DNA of 64,000 nt, taken from NCBI RefSeq assembly GCF_009834535.1, contig NC_045697.1:48920001-48984000 (forward strand), given 5' to 3'. Numbering within the stretch: position 1 is the stretch's first letter; each line of letters starts with the position of its first letter. Below the pieces are notes generated by a model. The model did not search any database, was not told the origin of the DNA, and saw only the letters and a list, made by a program, of their open reading frames with translations. Of the stretch, positions 12,715-26,619 are shown piece after piece. The position numbers were made by a program, and so were the translations under genes. The stretch is from Camelus ferus. Its lineage: Eukaryota.

Positions 12715-13048
12715 ACATTTATTTGCTCTACAAATATTTATTCAGCACATTCTCTATGTAAGGCGCTACGCCAGGATGTAGAGATGGTCCTTGTCCTTAG
12801 AGAGGTTACATTCCATCAGGTGACACAGATCTTAAGCAACGAATTACTTAATTTTTTGTTTGCTTAATTACAACTGTGGTAAGAGTCACAAAGGGGAATA
12901 GGGTTCTTGGGAGTATATCACAGGGGAAGGGGGTTCTGAAATAGCCTGGGGAGAACAGAAAGACAGTTAAGCTACACCCGAAGGACAAGTAAAAATTAAC
13001 TGAATGAAGAAGGGAACGGAACATTCCAGGCAGAGCTAAAGGCATGTA
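12715..13048 (-). mobile_element. L2 3' end
   Basis: CAAATATTTATTCAGCAC...GGAACATTCCAGGCAGAG. Confidence 0.75.
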
Positions 13049-14117
13049 TCCTTTTCTACTGCAACAACTGCTTGTCCTATACCATGATGTTCCTTATTTT
13101 TGAGTGCCTGCGTCAGCAAGATAATTAGGAGATAAGAAGAGCAAGGGAAAATACACAGAAAAGAAAAGAGAGGCGACAGAGAGAGAGCTCAAACAAGAGT
13201 GCAGTTCTCCTGCATGGGAAATTTAACAGGAAGCCCAACTAGTCCAAGAGAACGTGGGGCACCATGAAAACTGAAAGATGGGAATTATTTAAGCTGCTAA
13301 CAAATGGTTTGGGTTATAAACCACCAAGAAAAGGGGTCTCACTAGGAAATCCTGTACCTCCAATAACTTATCTGCACCCAGTGCCTTCATTCAGGACGCC
13401 TACTACACAAGGGCTCGGGCATAAGAAGTAATGGCATCTCTAGGGCTTGGTAGGAACTGTGCATTCAGTGTGAATTTCTGGGGTCACAACCACACCTCAG
13501 TGCTGACAACGTCCACGAGGATGGCTCACCCAACTCCCCAACACTGCAGTGCTTTGACATCTTTCCCCGACACTTCCTCTCCACTTGATTCAGACCCCTG
13601 TGCCCATGGCAGAAATGCTTTAAGCCTCAAATCTTAAATTCTTGCATTTTGAACTCTGGACACATCCTCCTAGCTTCCTCTTCTTGCCACGTGTTCTCTG
13701 TGCTCATCACACATACTCTTCAGTCTTAACAATATCTTTGGCCCACTGACACCCCCATTTTCTCCCCAACTATTTGCTCCTTCCTACCTTTAAGTCCTTT
13801 CTTATTGTGCCCAGTCCATTGTCTTCCAATGACATCCATTAGTCAGCACCGCAACCGTGTGCCACCTGCTTCTGTTTTTGTATCTAGGCTGCTGAGTGCT
13901 GAAGAAAATGATACCACAATATAGACCAGTGCCACAAAAATATCACAGTCGCTCCCCTAAGTTAGCAATCAGTGCTGCTCCTGTTCCCACATTAGCCACA
14001 CGCTCCCCCATCCACGTTCACCCATCTTCTCAACACCCATGTCTGCTATGTCTCCCACATCACAGGAAATGAGAACCTACAACGCCAGAACCACAGCAGC
14101 TTCCTGCTCCTCTACTA

Positions 14118-14565
14118 TGCAGTAGGGTTTCCTAGAAGCAGAGCCAGAGATGAATTCACGTGCAAGTGATTTATTGAGACATGTTTTCAAGAGAAACCTG
14201 TAAGGAAGTGAGGGAGACAGGCAGGCACACAAGTTAAGAAGTGGTTCCAGCTAAAGTCTGTTCTCAGCCTGATCCCACGGGATCTCTGGGGCATGACTAG
14301 CATCACAGAGTTTTCCAGTTTGAGGCAAGAAGGCCAGATTGTTTTTACTCTCGCATTGATCAGTCATTGGCTGTAGGCCATCCCTGGGGAAGGGTACATG
14401 ACCCCTGGGTGTTTTCTGCTCCTTTCAGCAGAGGGCAACTTACCATGGGAGAGTGTAGCCGGGAACCTGACAGCCGAGGCTCCCAGCAGTTCAGGGCTGG
14501 GGACAGAAGTCCAGTCAAGGGGACCTGGGCACGGCCCCAAGAGCAGCTCCTACAGCATCCAAGCC
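14118..14565 (-). mobile_element. ERVL LTR (LTR16-like)
   Basis: GGGTTTCCTAGAAGCAGAGCCAGAGA...GTGCAAGTGATTTATTGAG...GAAACCTGTAAGGAAGTGAGGGA. Confidence 0.7.
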
Positions 14566-16070
14566 CGCAGCCTCACCTACATCCACAGTCTTCCTCCCGT
14601 TGCTGAACTCCTCAGTGCCCCCACCCTCCAACACAGCCCTAACCCCGTGCAAACGATGACCGAGGCACTCCTTCCACTCTAGCTGAACCATCAGCTTCCT
14701 TTACTTCATAAGCTCCCAGACAGTGGGGGCCATTCATCCTTCTCAGGATCCCTGGTGCCTAGTGCACAGAAGAAAGCTGTCCTGAACAAATCTTCCGGAC
14801 TCATTAGTGGTTCTAGTAGCAGGACTTTCAATCAGGCAGGTGAGAGTTTTTTTTTTTTTTTTTAAAGAAGAGCCTTTTACCCTTTGAATCAGAGTACACA
14901 GGTGACAAACTTGAGCGGCCCCTTCAGAAGTGGCCTTGATCCATGACCTCCATTTGCCAACTTTCATACCTGGCATGTTGCGTACCAAAGGCCACAACAC
15001 CAGGACCACTGAGAGCACCACACAGAGGGCGCCACAAAGAGTCCCTCCCACGACCAGCCTTAGGATAAAGGACTGAAAAGCCAGGGTTTGTGGCTGCTCT
15101 CAATTTGCCAATATTTGGGGGTTGGGGGGACATCCCCTTACCATTAGACACCCACCCCAGTCACTTCTGGCACCACGTGTGCGGCAGCCCCAGCGTGTCC
15201 GGTCTTTCCCGTTCATTCTCTTGCCACTTTTAACATATGGGCCCTAAAATGCTTACCATCTGGGAGAGGTCTCCATTTCTGCAGCTCAGCAGGCCTCTCG
15301 CTTCGTGGGAAAGCACAGGTGCCCAACCCAGAGGTGTTAAGTGGTCCTGTTTGACAAACAGGAACCAGCTAGCAGCGCACAATGTTGGTTCTGCCTCTGC
15401 GGGGCTGCGGGCAGCTAGCTACACACAGGCGCAACACCAAGGGCAACTCTATCTGCTGTAAAGACTCATGCCTTTTGCTTCCTTAAAGACACAAGATGCG
15501 GGTAATGAGTATATAGACAACTGAATGATGAGTTATAAACAAATCCCAAAAAGGCCCAGAAATGTGGAAAAGGACTGGAGAAATCTGGCAATCATTTCTC
15601 TATTGAGAAACAGCTAGACCACAGTGGGGGAAAGAAATCAATCTAGGGCACACACCACAGAAATCAATTGAATTAGGGAGGGGGGCCGTGAGCACTGAGA
15701 ATGCAAAAAATAAACCAAGGCCCACCCACTCATTTCAAAATTCAGAACAAGGACCATTAAAAGGATGGCATAACAGCCCAGCCTAAAAAATTAATATTTT
15801 CATTAAAACCACTTCAGGGTGGAGAAGGGAGGTGGGGTTGAAGAGATGTTCAAGGGTAAGTGAGGCAGCAGGAGAGGGAGGGCTCTCTGTCGCTGGTTCC
15901 TGACGTGCACCTCAGTCTTCTCGCTCCTCACCTTTGGCTGAACCCACTCAGCCCCCTGGCAGGACAGCAGATCTGTCAAACCTACAGAGTCCTGCTGGAG
16001 CCCTTCCTTTATCCTCTCCTGAGTAATTTAGGCTGATGTCATTACTATCGCCGAGTTCTCGCAGAATTTG

Positions 16071-16273
16071 AGTGGCCAGATGCAGCAAATCCAAATACAG
16101 GACTGCTGGTTCAATTTTAATTTCAAATACGATAATGACTATTTTTTTATTATAAGTATGCTCATGTAGTATTTGGGATATACTTACAGTAAAAAAAACC
16201 AAAATGAAAATTCTTGTTTACCTGAAATTTAAATTTAATTACATGTCCTGTATGTTATCCAGCACGGCTACCC
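16071..16273. mobile_element. MER53-like palindromic MITE
   Basis: Arms CCAGATGCAGCAAATCCAAATACAGGAC and GTCCTGTATGTTATCCAGC with centre TATAAGTATGCTCA...TGGGATATACTTAC. Confidence 0.8.
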
Positions 16274-16301
16274 AGAATCCCAACATGAGAACCAAATTTT
16301 T

Positions 16302-16465
16302 AAAATATGTATTTTTATTCCAGTTAAAAAAAAATTTTTTTTTTATTTCGGAGGAAGAGGTAATTAGGTATTTATTTTTTCATTTAAATGGATGTACTGG
16401 GAATTGAACCCAGGACCTCGTGCATGCTAGGCACGTGCTCTACCACTGAGCTATATCCTTCCCCC
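16302..16465 (-). mobile_element. tRNA-derived camelid-type SINE (Vic-1-like)
   Basis: GGGAATTGAACCCAGGACCTCGTGCATGCTAGGCACGTGCTCTACCACTGAGCTATA; TSD AGAACC(A/C)AATTTTT at 16288-16301 and 16467-16480. Confidence 0.93.
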
Positions 16466-17493
16466 TAGAACCCAATTTTTCTGACATTATACTTCAGCCA
16501 AGATTCTTATCTGACCTCAGGCAGGCTCTCTCAGAGATGTGTAGGGGAGACCCACACCCCGCCCTACCCTCCACATAGAACACAGGACTCTGGGCCTAAG
16601 TAGTAGAAACTCTAAGCTCAGGTGGACAGATTTAGTCAAATGTTTTCATTGACAAATACGGAAGCTTGGAAAGATTTAACGATTTTCCCTCCTAGGTGGC
16701 AGAATCAGGACTAGAATCTCCGGGGCGTGGTCTCCCCAGTTCCCCACGACCTCCTCTCTGACAAGAATTTTCTTATCATAAACTTTATGTATAACACACA
16801 AAGCTTAAGGAGCCAAATGTGAAGTGGGTACTAAATTCTAACATACTTTTGTAAACTTAAAAAGAATAAAATAAGTACAAAGAAGAGTATAATAAAGAAA
16901 GTGCGGGCCTTTGTGAACTCTAACTTTGTAATGCACCTTTTGAATCTCATCTTGAAATTCTGCAATCAAATCCTTTTCAATCAATCTGTCATCCAGACCT
17001 TCCCAATGGATACCTGCTCCAATTCAAAAGCTCCACAAGGCGGGCTAATGCTCGTTAGCACATCCATCACTGCCAGCAGACACCAGAAAGGCCAGGAAGG
17101 TGGGAGGAAGGGAATGAAGGGAGCAGCAGCCCTGAAAGAAGAAAATGTGTATCTAGGGGCTCTGGGAATGCTTCAATTTACTAATCAGCCCTGTTGTCAA
17201 TTGAGAAGCACGTTGCAACACTGAAACCTAACAGGGACGCTGGCCTAGCAGCAAAGGGTCTAAGATCTGGGCCAGGCGGTTTGACTTATAGAGGCTTTTG
17301 TTAAAATGCCCTCATTTTCTAGAAATGGGATCCAAAGTGTGGTCTCCTTTGTAGGAACTCCTACTATTTTAAGTGCTTCAGTGGACAGTTCTGATGTTCA
17401 CTCCCCATATGGTGTTTCCCCAAAATTAATGTCCAAAAGAGAAAATACAGCCAGACTTGGATCCTAAGGTAATTTGGGATCCACATAAAATCC

Positions 17494-17900
17494 GTATCAT
17501 TTTGGATGCTCTGGCTACAAATAACAAAATGCCCATCTAAAAGTGGATTGAACAGTGGGGGTTTTTTTCCCCTCACATGATAAGTCAAGAGATGGATGGT
17601 CCTGGTATTGTTTCAGGAGCTACCCAATGTCAGGGCTCTGAGTCAAGTTCCCACCTGTTTTCTCGGCCTGTGCCTCAAGACCACAATATGGCTGCAGCAG
17701 CTCCCTGGATGATAAACTTGCATTTGAAAGCCAAAGCAGAAAGAGATTTTTCTTACTAGATTTTTTATCATCAAAGAGAAAAGTCTTTCGTAGCAACCCC
17801 CAGCAGGTATCCATTTTTGTCTCATGACCAAAGCTGGGTCACATGCAAGAGATTACAGGGAAGCAAGAATCTAGAATTTTTCGCTTCTGTGTAGGTGAAG
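17494..17900 (-). mobile_element. Old MaLR LTR (MLT1-type)
   Basis: GGCTACAAATAACAAAATGCCCA...AATATGGCTGCAGCAGCTCC...GTCTCATGACCAAAGCTGGGTCACATG. Confidence 0.65.
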
Positions 17901-19477
17901 GCTCTGACATCAAGGAAAGACTAACTGCTATACATTGCATATTGCTGTCCTGCCATCACTGCAGGCCCGAAACATCACCACAAGCCTAAAAGCCTTTGCA
18001 AACTGCTTCATCTCCTGATTTGCCTATTTCTATTCATGACATCAGCAATCTTTCTGTCACTACTCTGGACACCTCAGATTCATTTGGACTCCTTCCTTTT
18101 CCCAATTCTCACAACTCATCAGTGCCCATGTCTCAAGGATCATCCGTCCCTTCTCAGGGAGTCTTCCATCTCTCCTCTCTTTTTGGTTCTAACCTAGCAT
18201 ATTAACTCAGATGCTTACTACTTCACAGCCAGACTAAAGTGCAAAAGCCACAAAAGCATTCTGCCCTCATCCCAGATACCACTTTTTCGTAAGTCTCCCG
18301 TCCAGAGAATCTTCGACTCCCCTATTAACTGCAAAAGATATTCCAAAACCCGTAGCCTAAACCTTAAGGTCAGCCAGGATGGGCTGCAGAGGTTTAAGAA
18401 AATGTTATGACTTTGTAGCTAAATGACTTGGCTATTGACTTAACTCTCCAGGACTCAGCTTATTCATTCATAAAAGGGAGGTGATAATAATACAGAGCAC
18501 ACGTGGTTAAGTGTAGTAAATGGTAGTTGTTTTTTGCTGTTGTTCTTGTTATGAAATAGCAGGTACTCTAGTGTGCATCAGGAGCTATGGGTGAGTGATG
18601 TGCACCCTGCCCCCAGTGCGCTGATCCCCATCGCTGAAACAAAATCCAGCCATTCCGTTGGCTGAACGCACCTCTATTCCACCAGTCAATATCCATTTTA
18701 TAAACTGACTCTTTTGTCTTTCCTTACTTGACTAAGGAGCGTCTCAAGGGTCGCACGATTTGGGGCTGGGCTCATTCTTCAAGAAAGCTTCTTCTAAAAT
18801 TCCCCAGACGCATTTTGTCCTGAAGGAGACCTTCATTTGCTCTAAGTCTGTGAAGCCTGGCTCCTGCCTTGACTCATTCTTCCAAAGCACATTTTGTTTC
18901 CCCAGAAGCTGTTAACCGTATTTATTTATCTTCATCTGACATCTGTGCAACTTCAAAAAGCAGAAATGAAAAGACAGGGTGGCTCTTTATTTCATTAGGC
19001 CACAGTTAGACTGTTTCTGTACATTTTAAGTACCGGAGATGAAAAATCACCCTAGGGATTGAATAGACACACAAATTACATTCTTCTCACTTTGCTCTGG
19101 TCTTGTGACTTGGCTTTTTCAACTTTAAATTTCAACTCTTCTTAATTTGACTCGTTTGCCAGTGCCCACAAACCAGCCATAATAAAAGACAGTTTGCATA
19201 CAATAGTACTCATTCTCTATTTAAAAAAAAAGAAAGGGTATATCTTTAAAGATAGGCTAGATCTATACCAGGCTGGTACCTTCTGGCCACAAAAGAATTC
19301 TGTAAAACTGATGTTTCTTTTGCCCTCTGAAATTATCCAAGATGTGAAAGGCCAGGAGAAGGCCTCAGTTCACCAGGTCATTTAGGCAAAGTGCTGGCAG
19401 GAAACTGAGCCCTGCCTTCTCTCCTTCCTCCAGAGGCAGACGTGAGGCTTTTTCCGTGTTTCCACGCTGTGCGGGAA

Positions 19478-19720
19478 CACTTAGTGGTTAAGGACGCTGC
19501 CTCTGGAACTAGACCACCCGGGTTCAATTCATGGCTGTGGATGTTGGGCAGTTCTTTAATGTATTTGTCCCTGAGTTCCTGCATCCAAATGGAGGATAAA
19601 AACCAACTGACCTCATGGGATTGCTGTGAGAATCACATGCGTTAATACACGTAACGTGATTAGGGCACCGCCTGACACACGATGGAGAGCTCTGTAAGTG
19701 TGAGCTGTTGTTGTTGCTAA
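19478..19720 (+). mobile_element. MIR SINE
   Basis: TAGTGGTTAAGGAC...CCCGGGTTCAATTC...CCTGAGTTCCTGCATCCAAATGGAGGATAA. Confidence 0.8.
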
Positions 19721-20989
19721 CACTCTTTCCCGTGGCTTGGCCACCTGTCAACAGTCTTGATGGCTTGCTGGAACACTTCCTAAACATTCCCCCAAAGCTC
19801 ACTATTCAAAAACCTCAGGCCAACCTATGAATCTACCGACTTCATTCTCTGGAAAAGAGTCCAAGAAGAATAAATGGGGAATGCTGGATACGGTGGAGGT
19901 TATGCTTTATCAAGTTCTTAAGAAATCTGGACAACAGAAATGCAAACTGCTTTGCCTAAAAGGAGTCCACATTTTATTTCTCTCCAATGAAACAACGTTC
20001 TCCTTAAGAGTCAAACAGCATCCCTCTCATTACCCACTCTTAATAACCTCCTACTCAGATATACATGCCACAAGAAAACTGTTAATGTCGGCACAGTTCA
20101 AACAGCTTTGGCTCGTTAAAAACCAGACTTTTGACAAGTCCATTAATCCTAGGATTTCAGTTCTAAGATAATGTTCACTTTGCAAAGTCATAACCGGAGC
20201 ACCTATGCATGAAGTTACCATGATGATGAAAATACAGTCTATTTTTAAAAATCATATTGGTGGTCCTTCTTCTCACTTAGAGACCATTTTTTAAAAAATA
20301 AATACTGTAATTTATACACTAAACAATTTGCCTCCATTACCTCAAGTTCTTTTTACCATCTTTAATAATAACTCTAACAGCACAATGCCAGAAACTAAGA
20401 ATAGGCTGAAAGAAGCAGATTGTAACTCCTTCGTAGTTTCAGAATAAACAACACAATTTACAAGGCACAGAAAAACCATGATGACAAACCTATTAAAGGT
20501 TCTTTTCACCTAGAGACTATAAAAATACTTTGGCTAAGTTATCTGTGTTTCAGGTCTCTTAGTTTGGTGAGTGGCACTATTGAAAAGCAAAAAGACCAAA
20601 AGAAAGAAGGATGGCAAGGAAATAAGAGCGAAGGCCCTAGAATAATCTGGTTGGCTCCATCCATCCTTTGAGAGTTGACTGATGGAAACAGGGAACCTCT
20701 GTTTCCACTCTATAGATCCAATTCTTAATGAATACTGTCTGTGTGCCAAGTGCAGTAGCAAAATAATAAATCAGAGTGAATTCTGTGTAAGTCTGACCCT
20801 GTTCAAAGAGACTAAACCATTAGTACAATTCAGTTTTCTGTGGTTCACCTGCTGGTTCACAGCAAGGGTGAGGGTCGGGCATTGAAGGCTGGTGTAGGAC
20901 CAAGATGTACTAGCCAAGCCAGACCCATACCCTTAAGAAGATGACTTTTAATATAACAGTTAGTAGTGGAGAGGTTTCTAAACTAAATA

Positions 20990-21550
20990 GTGCCTTTTCC
21001 CCAGCAGTTCTACTCCTAGTTATATATCCAAGAGAACTGAAAATACATGTCCACACAATCTGTACATGTATGTTCACAACAGTGTTATTCATGATAGCCA
21101 AAAAGTGGAAGTAACTCAGATATCCACTAACTGATGAATGAAAAAATAAAATGTGGCATATCCATACAATAGAATATAATTTAGCAAGAAAAAGAAATGA
21201 AGTACCGATACATAATAAAACATGGGAGAACCCTGAAAACATCACACTAAGTGAAAGAAGCCAGTCACAAAAGGCCTTATAATGTATGATTCTCTTTATA
21301 AGATATGTCCAGAGTGGGCAAACCTATAGGGACAGAAGGTAGACCAGTGGCTGCTAGGAGCTAAGAGAAGGTGGGAACAGGAGTGACTGTCAATGGGTAT
21401 GAGATTTTGTGGGGCAATGAGAGTAATGAGATGCTTTAAAATTGATTATGGTGGTGGTTGTACTACACCATACATATATGAAAAATTATTGAATTGTACA
21501 CTTTAAAGGGGTGAATTTATGATATGCAAATTATATTTCAATTAAGCTAT
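20990..21550 (+). mobile_element. L1MB-like 3' end
   Basis: CCAGCAGTTCTACTCCTAG...CTAAGTGAAAGAAGCCAGTCACAAAAGG...GAATTGTACACTTTAAA. Confidence 0.9.
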
Positions 21551-24500
21551 TCTCTTTAAAGTTACTTTTCTCTTGTTTCTTCACCAAATAGATATTTATT
21601 AATTAGTCTGTGCAAGTTACAGGGTTAATCATGAAGTATGTAAGATACACAGTGGACCTTTGTCCTTCACAAGGGATACTCTGGAAACATTTCCAAATCG
21701 CCAAATAAATGATTACCGCTGGGGCTGAGACATTGCACAACTACAGGGGGGTGTCATTCATTTTGGAATCTATGTGAATGGGGACCCCAGGCGTCGTGCA
21801 GAGCAAAATCTGCATGGCCATACTTGGTGGTCCTGGCTATCACTAAGACACTAGCATGTGGCTTTTTTTCCTGGAACTGCCCCTCCCAACACCACCAAAG
21901 ACCCAGTTCTTTTTTTTTTTTTTTCTTTTCACTTTACACGAATTATTGAATATATGCCAATGGAGTGGGAGCCAGATAGTGGTTGGTCAGCCAGGCCATA
22001 GGTTTATTCCCAACAGGCATTGCCAGCACTCATGAGGATCTTAAAGTTCCATGATCAGTCTTCCTGTCCTGACCCCATCTCATTCAAATGTTTATGAAAG
22101 AGGTTTTAACTATGCGGTTATGAACTGTCAGTCCTATTTATAGACAAATAATCTTTTCTGCATATTTTAAACATCCTTTTCAAAATATACTAGCCATCCA
22201 TTGTCTGCTCCTGCCTTTTTGAATTTCCAATTAAGTACACAGCTTGCTGTGCTCTTTGCAGTAGATAGAGTTAGCATTACAAATACTTATGCTTACTGAC
22301 CAAACACACTTGTGCTCACCTCCAGCCCAGCCAGCAGTGATGGAAACTGCTGATCTTGAAGAAACAGCAGGGAACACAGAGTTTCTTCCGCAAGTCCCAG
22401 GGAGTGGGAAGCAACTAGTCACAACTGTAAAATTCCATTCGTGTCTGTTTAAGGGGCAGGAAAGTAGAAAAAATAAAAATGGCCAAACTGCTCCCATATT
22501 TTAGTATCTATGCAAATGAATCACATGATGATGTAGGACTAATTTCCCCAAACGATTTGTTCTATTTAGTCTTTACAGACATTTAGTGATTATGATACAT
22601 TCCAGGCACATAAGGCACAAAGAATAATGAAGCATCCCCTTGCCTCCTAGCACCCTACATAAGCAATAAATACAATCAGAACCCCCGATCACATTATTCT
22701 CTCTGCTATTTATTTTCAAATGACTTGGGAAAGGACAGAAAGGTGACGCATAAACCTTTTCAGGTACTCCGGGGCAAAACACTGGTCACAGTCAAGCCAA
22801 CATTCTGTGAAGATACTGCCTTTTATAGCTGACACAAAGGGATGACTGGACAAAGCTAACCTGCTCTCCCAATGCCATACCATCAGGATGTCTCAAATAT
22901 TCACCACTATTTCCTCTTTTATGCCAAAGCAACAAAGCCTCAAAGCCTCAATATGGAGATGAAGGAAACTCCCTTACCTGGTCATAGCCAGGTAAACACA
23001 CCATGAATGGCTCCAGCTCTGAACATTCATTTCTGAAACAAAATGTTCCAAACATGTAACACTTCTGTCATCAATGGCCTATCAAATCTATTTATATTTA
23101 GGGAAAAAATACTCATTTAGGGGCTTACCTACTTTGCAATCTGTCTTATCAACTCTAGCCAAAGAGAGCTTTAAATCTTCCTTTTCATGTGAGAAAACAA
23201 AACAAGAAACCCAGAGACCAGGCTGTTTGCAGGCAGTGAGAGGCAGGAAGGTGAGGACGTAAGGTAGGGGAAACAAACAATGGTTGACTGCTAATTCGAC
23301 AGAACTCCAAAATCCAGAGAACACAAGGGACGTTGAAACAACATGGAAAGGTGACTACATTGGGTTTCCTATGTGATCTGACAGCTCTTCTATTATCTCA
23401 TACCCACCGTGAATTTGTTTATCACATTAGATTCTCTCTCCTAACAGACTTGAGGGAACAGGACACTGGACGGTTAGATTATGGTTGGCAGAATAGAGAG
23501 TAAAGGGTCAACAGCTTCAGGCCGGGTTGGGGGCATGAGAACTTGGTCCCAGAGAAGGAAGTGGGGAGCAAGAGATGGAGACAGAGGGCTGGCCCTCCAT
23601 TTTCTCAATGTCAGGCCCACCGCCCAGGCTCTGAAACTTCAGTTGTAATCAGAGCCCTTGCACTTTCTGCTGACAGATGTTGGGCCTCTGGGTCACTAAT
23701 GCTCAACCGCATTTTTGCAATCTGAGTAAAATCCCTAGTATTAGAAAGAAAGGAAAGTTGAAAGGCTGCTTCTGTTGAACCATAGTCAACTCTCCTAAGA
23801 CCTGATCTTTTTATTTGCTTTTTGTTTTGTGTCATCTGTCTATGTGCCCTATTCTAATGAATAGGGTTCCCTTGATATAAAAGGTTCCCTTGATATAAAA
23901 GAAAATGCCAATGAAAGGTTATGGACAGAAAAAGAACCATTCCGAACACCTCAGGTGTTCTTTACCACGCATTTGTTTCTCACTTCTTTGCAAAAACAAT
24001 TATAGATGACTTTATAAGAAAGAAAAAGGATGTATACACATATGTGTGTGTTTGTGTGTATATATACACACATACACTCACCAATACGCCAATTATACAA
24101 ATGACATACACTACATAGGATAAAGTGGAAAGGAAAAAATCATGACAACGATTTAAAATTTTTAAACTTAATACAATCACTGTAACTGAGCACTAAGAAT
24201 GGTTTTAAGCCTCCAGACAATTCAGTACAAAAGCAGGAAAAGGTCAGGTCATGCATAGTCTTGCAGCAAGGGGCAACAGTCCAAGCTTCCCTAGGGGCTG
24301 TCCTTTCCTCTTTCCACATATTAAGTTAAACCAAATCTTACTCAGTCTAGAAAATGTTGCTTCCAGTCTCTGTCTTATTTCAGCCATGTGAATTAGTCAA
24401 AATATATCTTATAAACATTCTCTTGTATCTTTAATCCTTACTTATTTTTCCAAACACATAGGAACTCCAGACTCAGAAACTGTAGCCAAGCCTACCCCGG

Positions 24501-26619
24501 CTCACCAGCAGTCGGACACATCTCCCAAAACCCATAGCACATTCCCAGAAGCATTATCTTAATGCAATAGGTTCTATACGGGGAATTAAGAGATGAAAGG
24601 AGAGCTACATATCCTAATTCTTAATCTTCTGCCATTTCTGCTTAAGAAAAAGAAAGACACATCAGTAGAACAAAACCAAAAAAAAATTACAGACAGCAAG
24701 TATGACAAAGGGTTATATGACAAGACAAAGGCTTATGTGATCAGATCTTTCGAAAGTAAGCAAAGTTGATAACGAAATGTGTCCATGGACTTATTTACAT
24801 ACAGCTCTTCTTTAACCAAGAAACAAACAAACAAAAGAGCTAAGCCAAAACAAAAAACAAAAAAACAAAAAAAAAAAACCAGTGTCTAGAGATGAATTGG
24901 ATTTTGTTGCCCTTAAGCTGGTTTACAAGAAATGCAGTAATCTGATGCGCAGGGGCCAAGTCTCTTTAATAATAGATGGATCAGCACTTAGAAAACTATA
25001 GGAAACAGATCCCAGGCCAGACCTTCAGTCTGTAAAGGAGGTCAGATAATTGAAGCAGATGACTTTGGGAGTCTAGGAAAAGAGTAAAGAGATCCTCTCC
25101 TTGTGTATAAATCACACAAGCTTCTCTAACCTAATTAGGTAACTGACTCCTTCAAAAACCAAGAGTTTTCAAACTACTCTAAAAAAATTGCTAACTCCAG
25201 ATCCCAGAGTCCCCACCAAAGTCTCATTTTCCTCCACGTACTTGTCCTCAGCATACCGCCTGACTCGTAGAAATATTCTTCCGGCACAACTGCTCTAAGT
25301 GTTTTGTATGCCCATGCAGTTCAACAGGTTTCAATAAAATAAAATATAATTGTAATACAGGCAAGATTGTCTCACGTGATTTCTAGAATGACGCTTTAAA
25401 AAAAAAAAAAAAACAGCATTGTTTTGTGTTGATTAAACCACATGGATCCCAGGGAATACTGTAGAAAATGCTAGGAGAATTCACTACTGAATGATTTCTC
25501 ATTTATTGCAATTTTTTTCCCCATTGTGGAACATTAGATTAAATAAAAGTGGTGTGAACAATGAATCTGCAGTTAATATATACTGAATCCATCCTTCTGA
25601 AAAACTTCATTGAGAAAGTTAAGTGTAATGTATAAGTTGAAGCAATTTGCTTTGGATTCCTTAAAATCTATTTCAGCTTGTAATTTTCAATCCAAAAAGC
25701 CAACTTTATAAGATTTGCTTTATAAGATTTCAAAATGTCCAGTAAGCATATATTCAAAAAGCCATGTAGGAAACAGATTTTATACATCTTCATTTAACAT
25801 TTTATTTTACACTACATTTTTTTAGAGCTTCCAAAAACTAATTTCATCATATTTTTTACGTAAATTGTCAACTCTTCCACTAAAGTCAAAACTGATCGTG
25901 GTAAAATGCAAAATAAAATAGTCCGTCTCTGACTCAGGAGTCTTGTGTCTTCTATCAACATTTATTAGGTTAGCTTGTTCATAGGGTAAATACTCAGATC
26001 CCTCACAATTCTTGACAACTCTCATCAATTAATCATAATGTAAATGTAATAGAGACCTGGACTAATACATTAATATATTTTCCTTTTCCTAGTCTTCAAA
26101 TCAGGGATGTGTATTAGTGGACATGACAGAAATGTTGCTTTCATCTTCTATCGGTCACTCCTTTCCTATGAAAGAAAATCATACTGTATAATATATATAT
26201 CCATGTATATAGATCCATAATGCTTTATATTATTATAAAGGTTTATATAATTGAATTTACTAGGCTAATGTGATCAAGTCCTTTGGGGGGAAATTTCTAA
26301 AATCATATATGTTCCCCAACACAAAACTAAATTACCAAGTACAAAATTACTTGTACCCTCCAGTGCAAAGCCTAGGACAGATGCAGAGATGATGGTGAAA
26401 ATGATGCAGGACTAAACTTCCCAAACCACATTCTAATCACATTATTTACCCTGTAAATAACCTTTAATGGTTCTCCATGGCCAGCTTCCCAGCAAAGGAA
26501 GTCCATTAAAATTTGATCCCATTTTGTATTTTCAAATTTATTTCCTATTATTTTCTTCATACACTCCATAATTCAGTCAAATATAACCATTACAAAGCAT
26601 GAAATTGTCCCATACTTTG

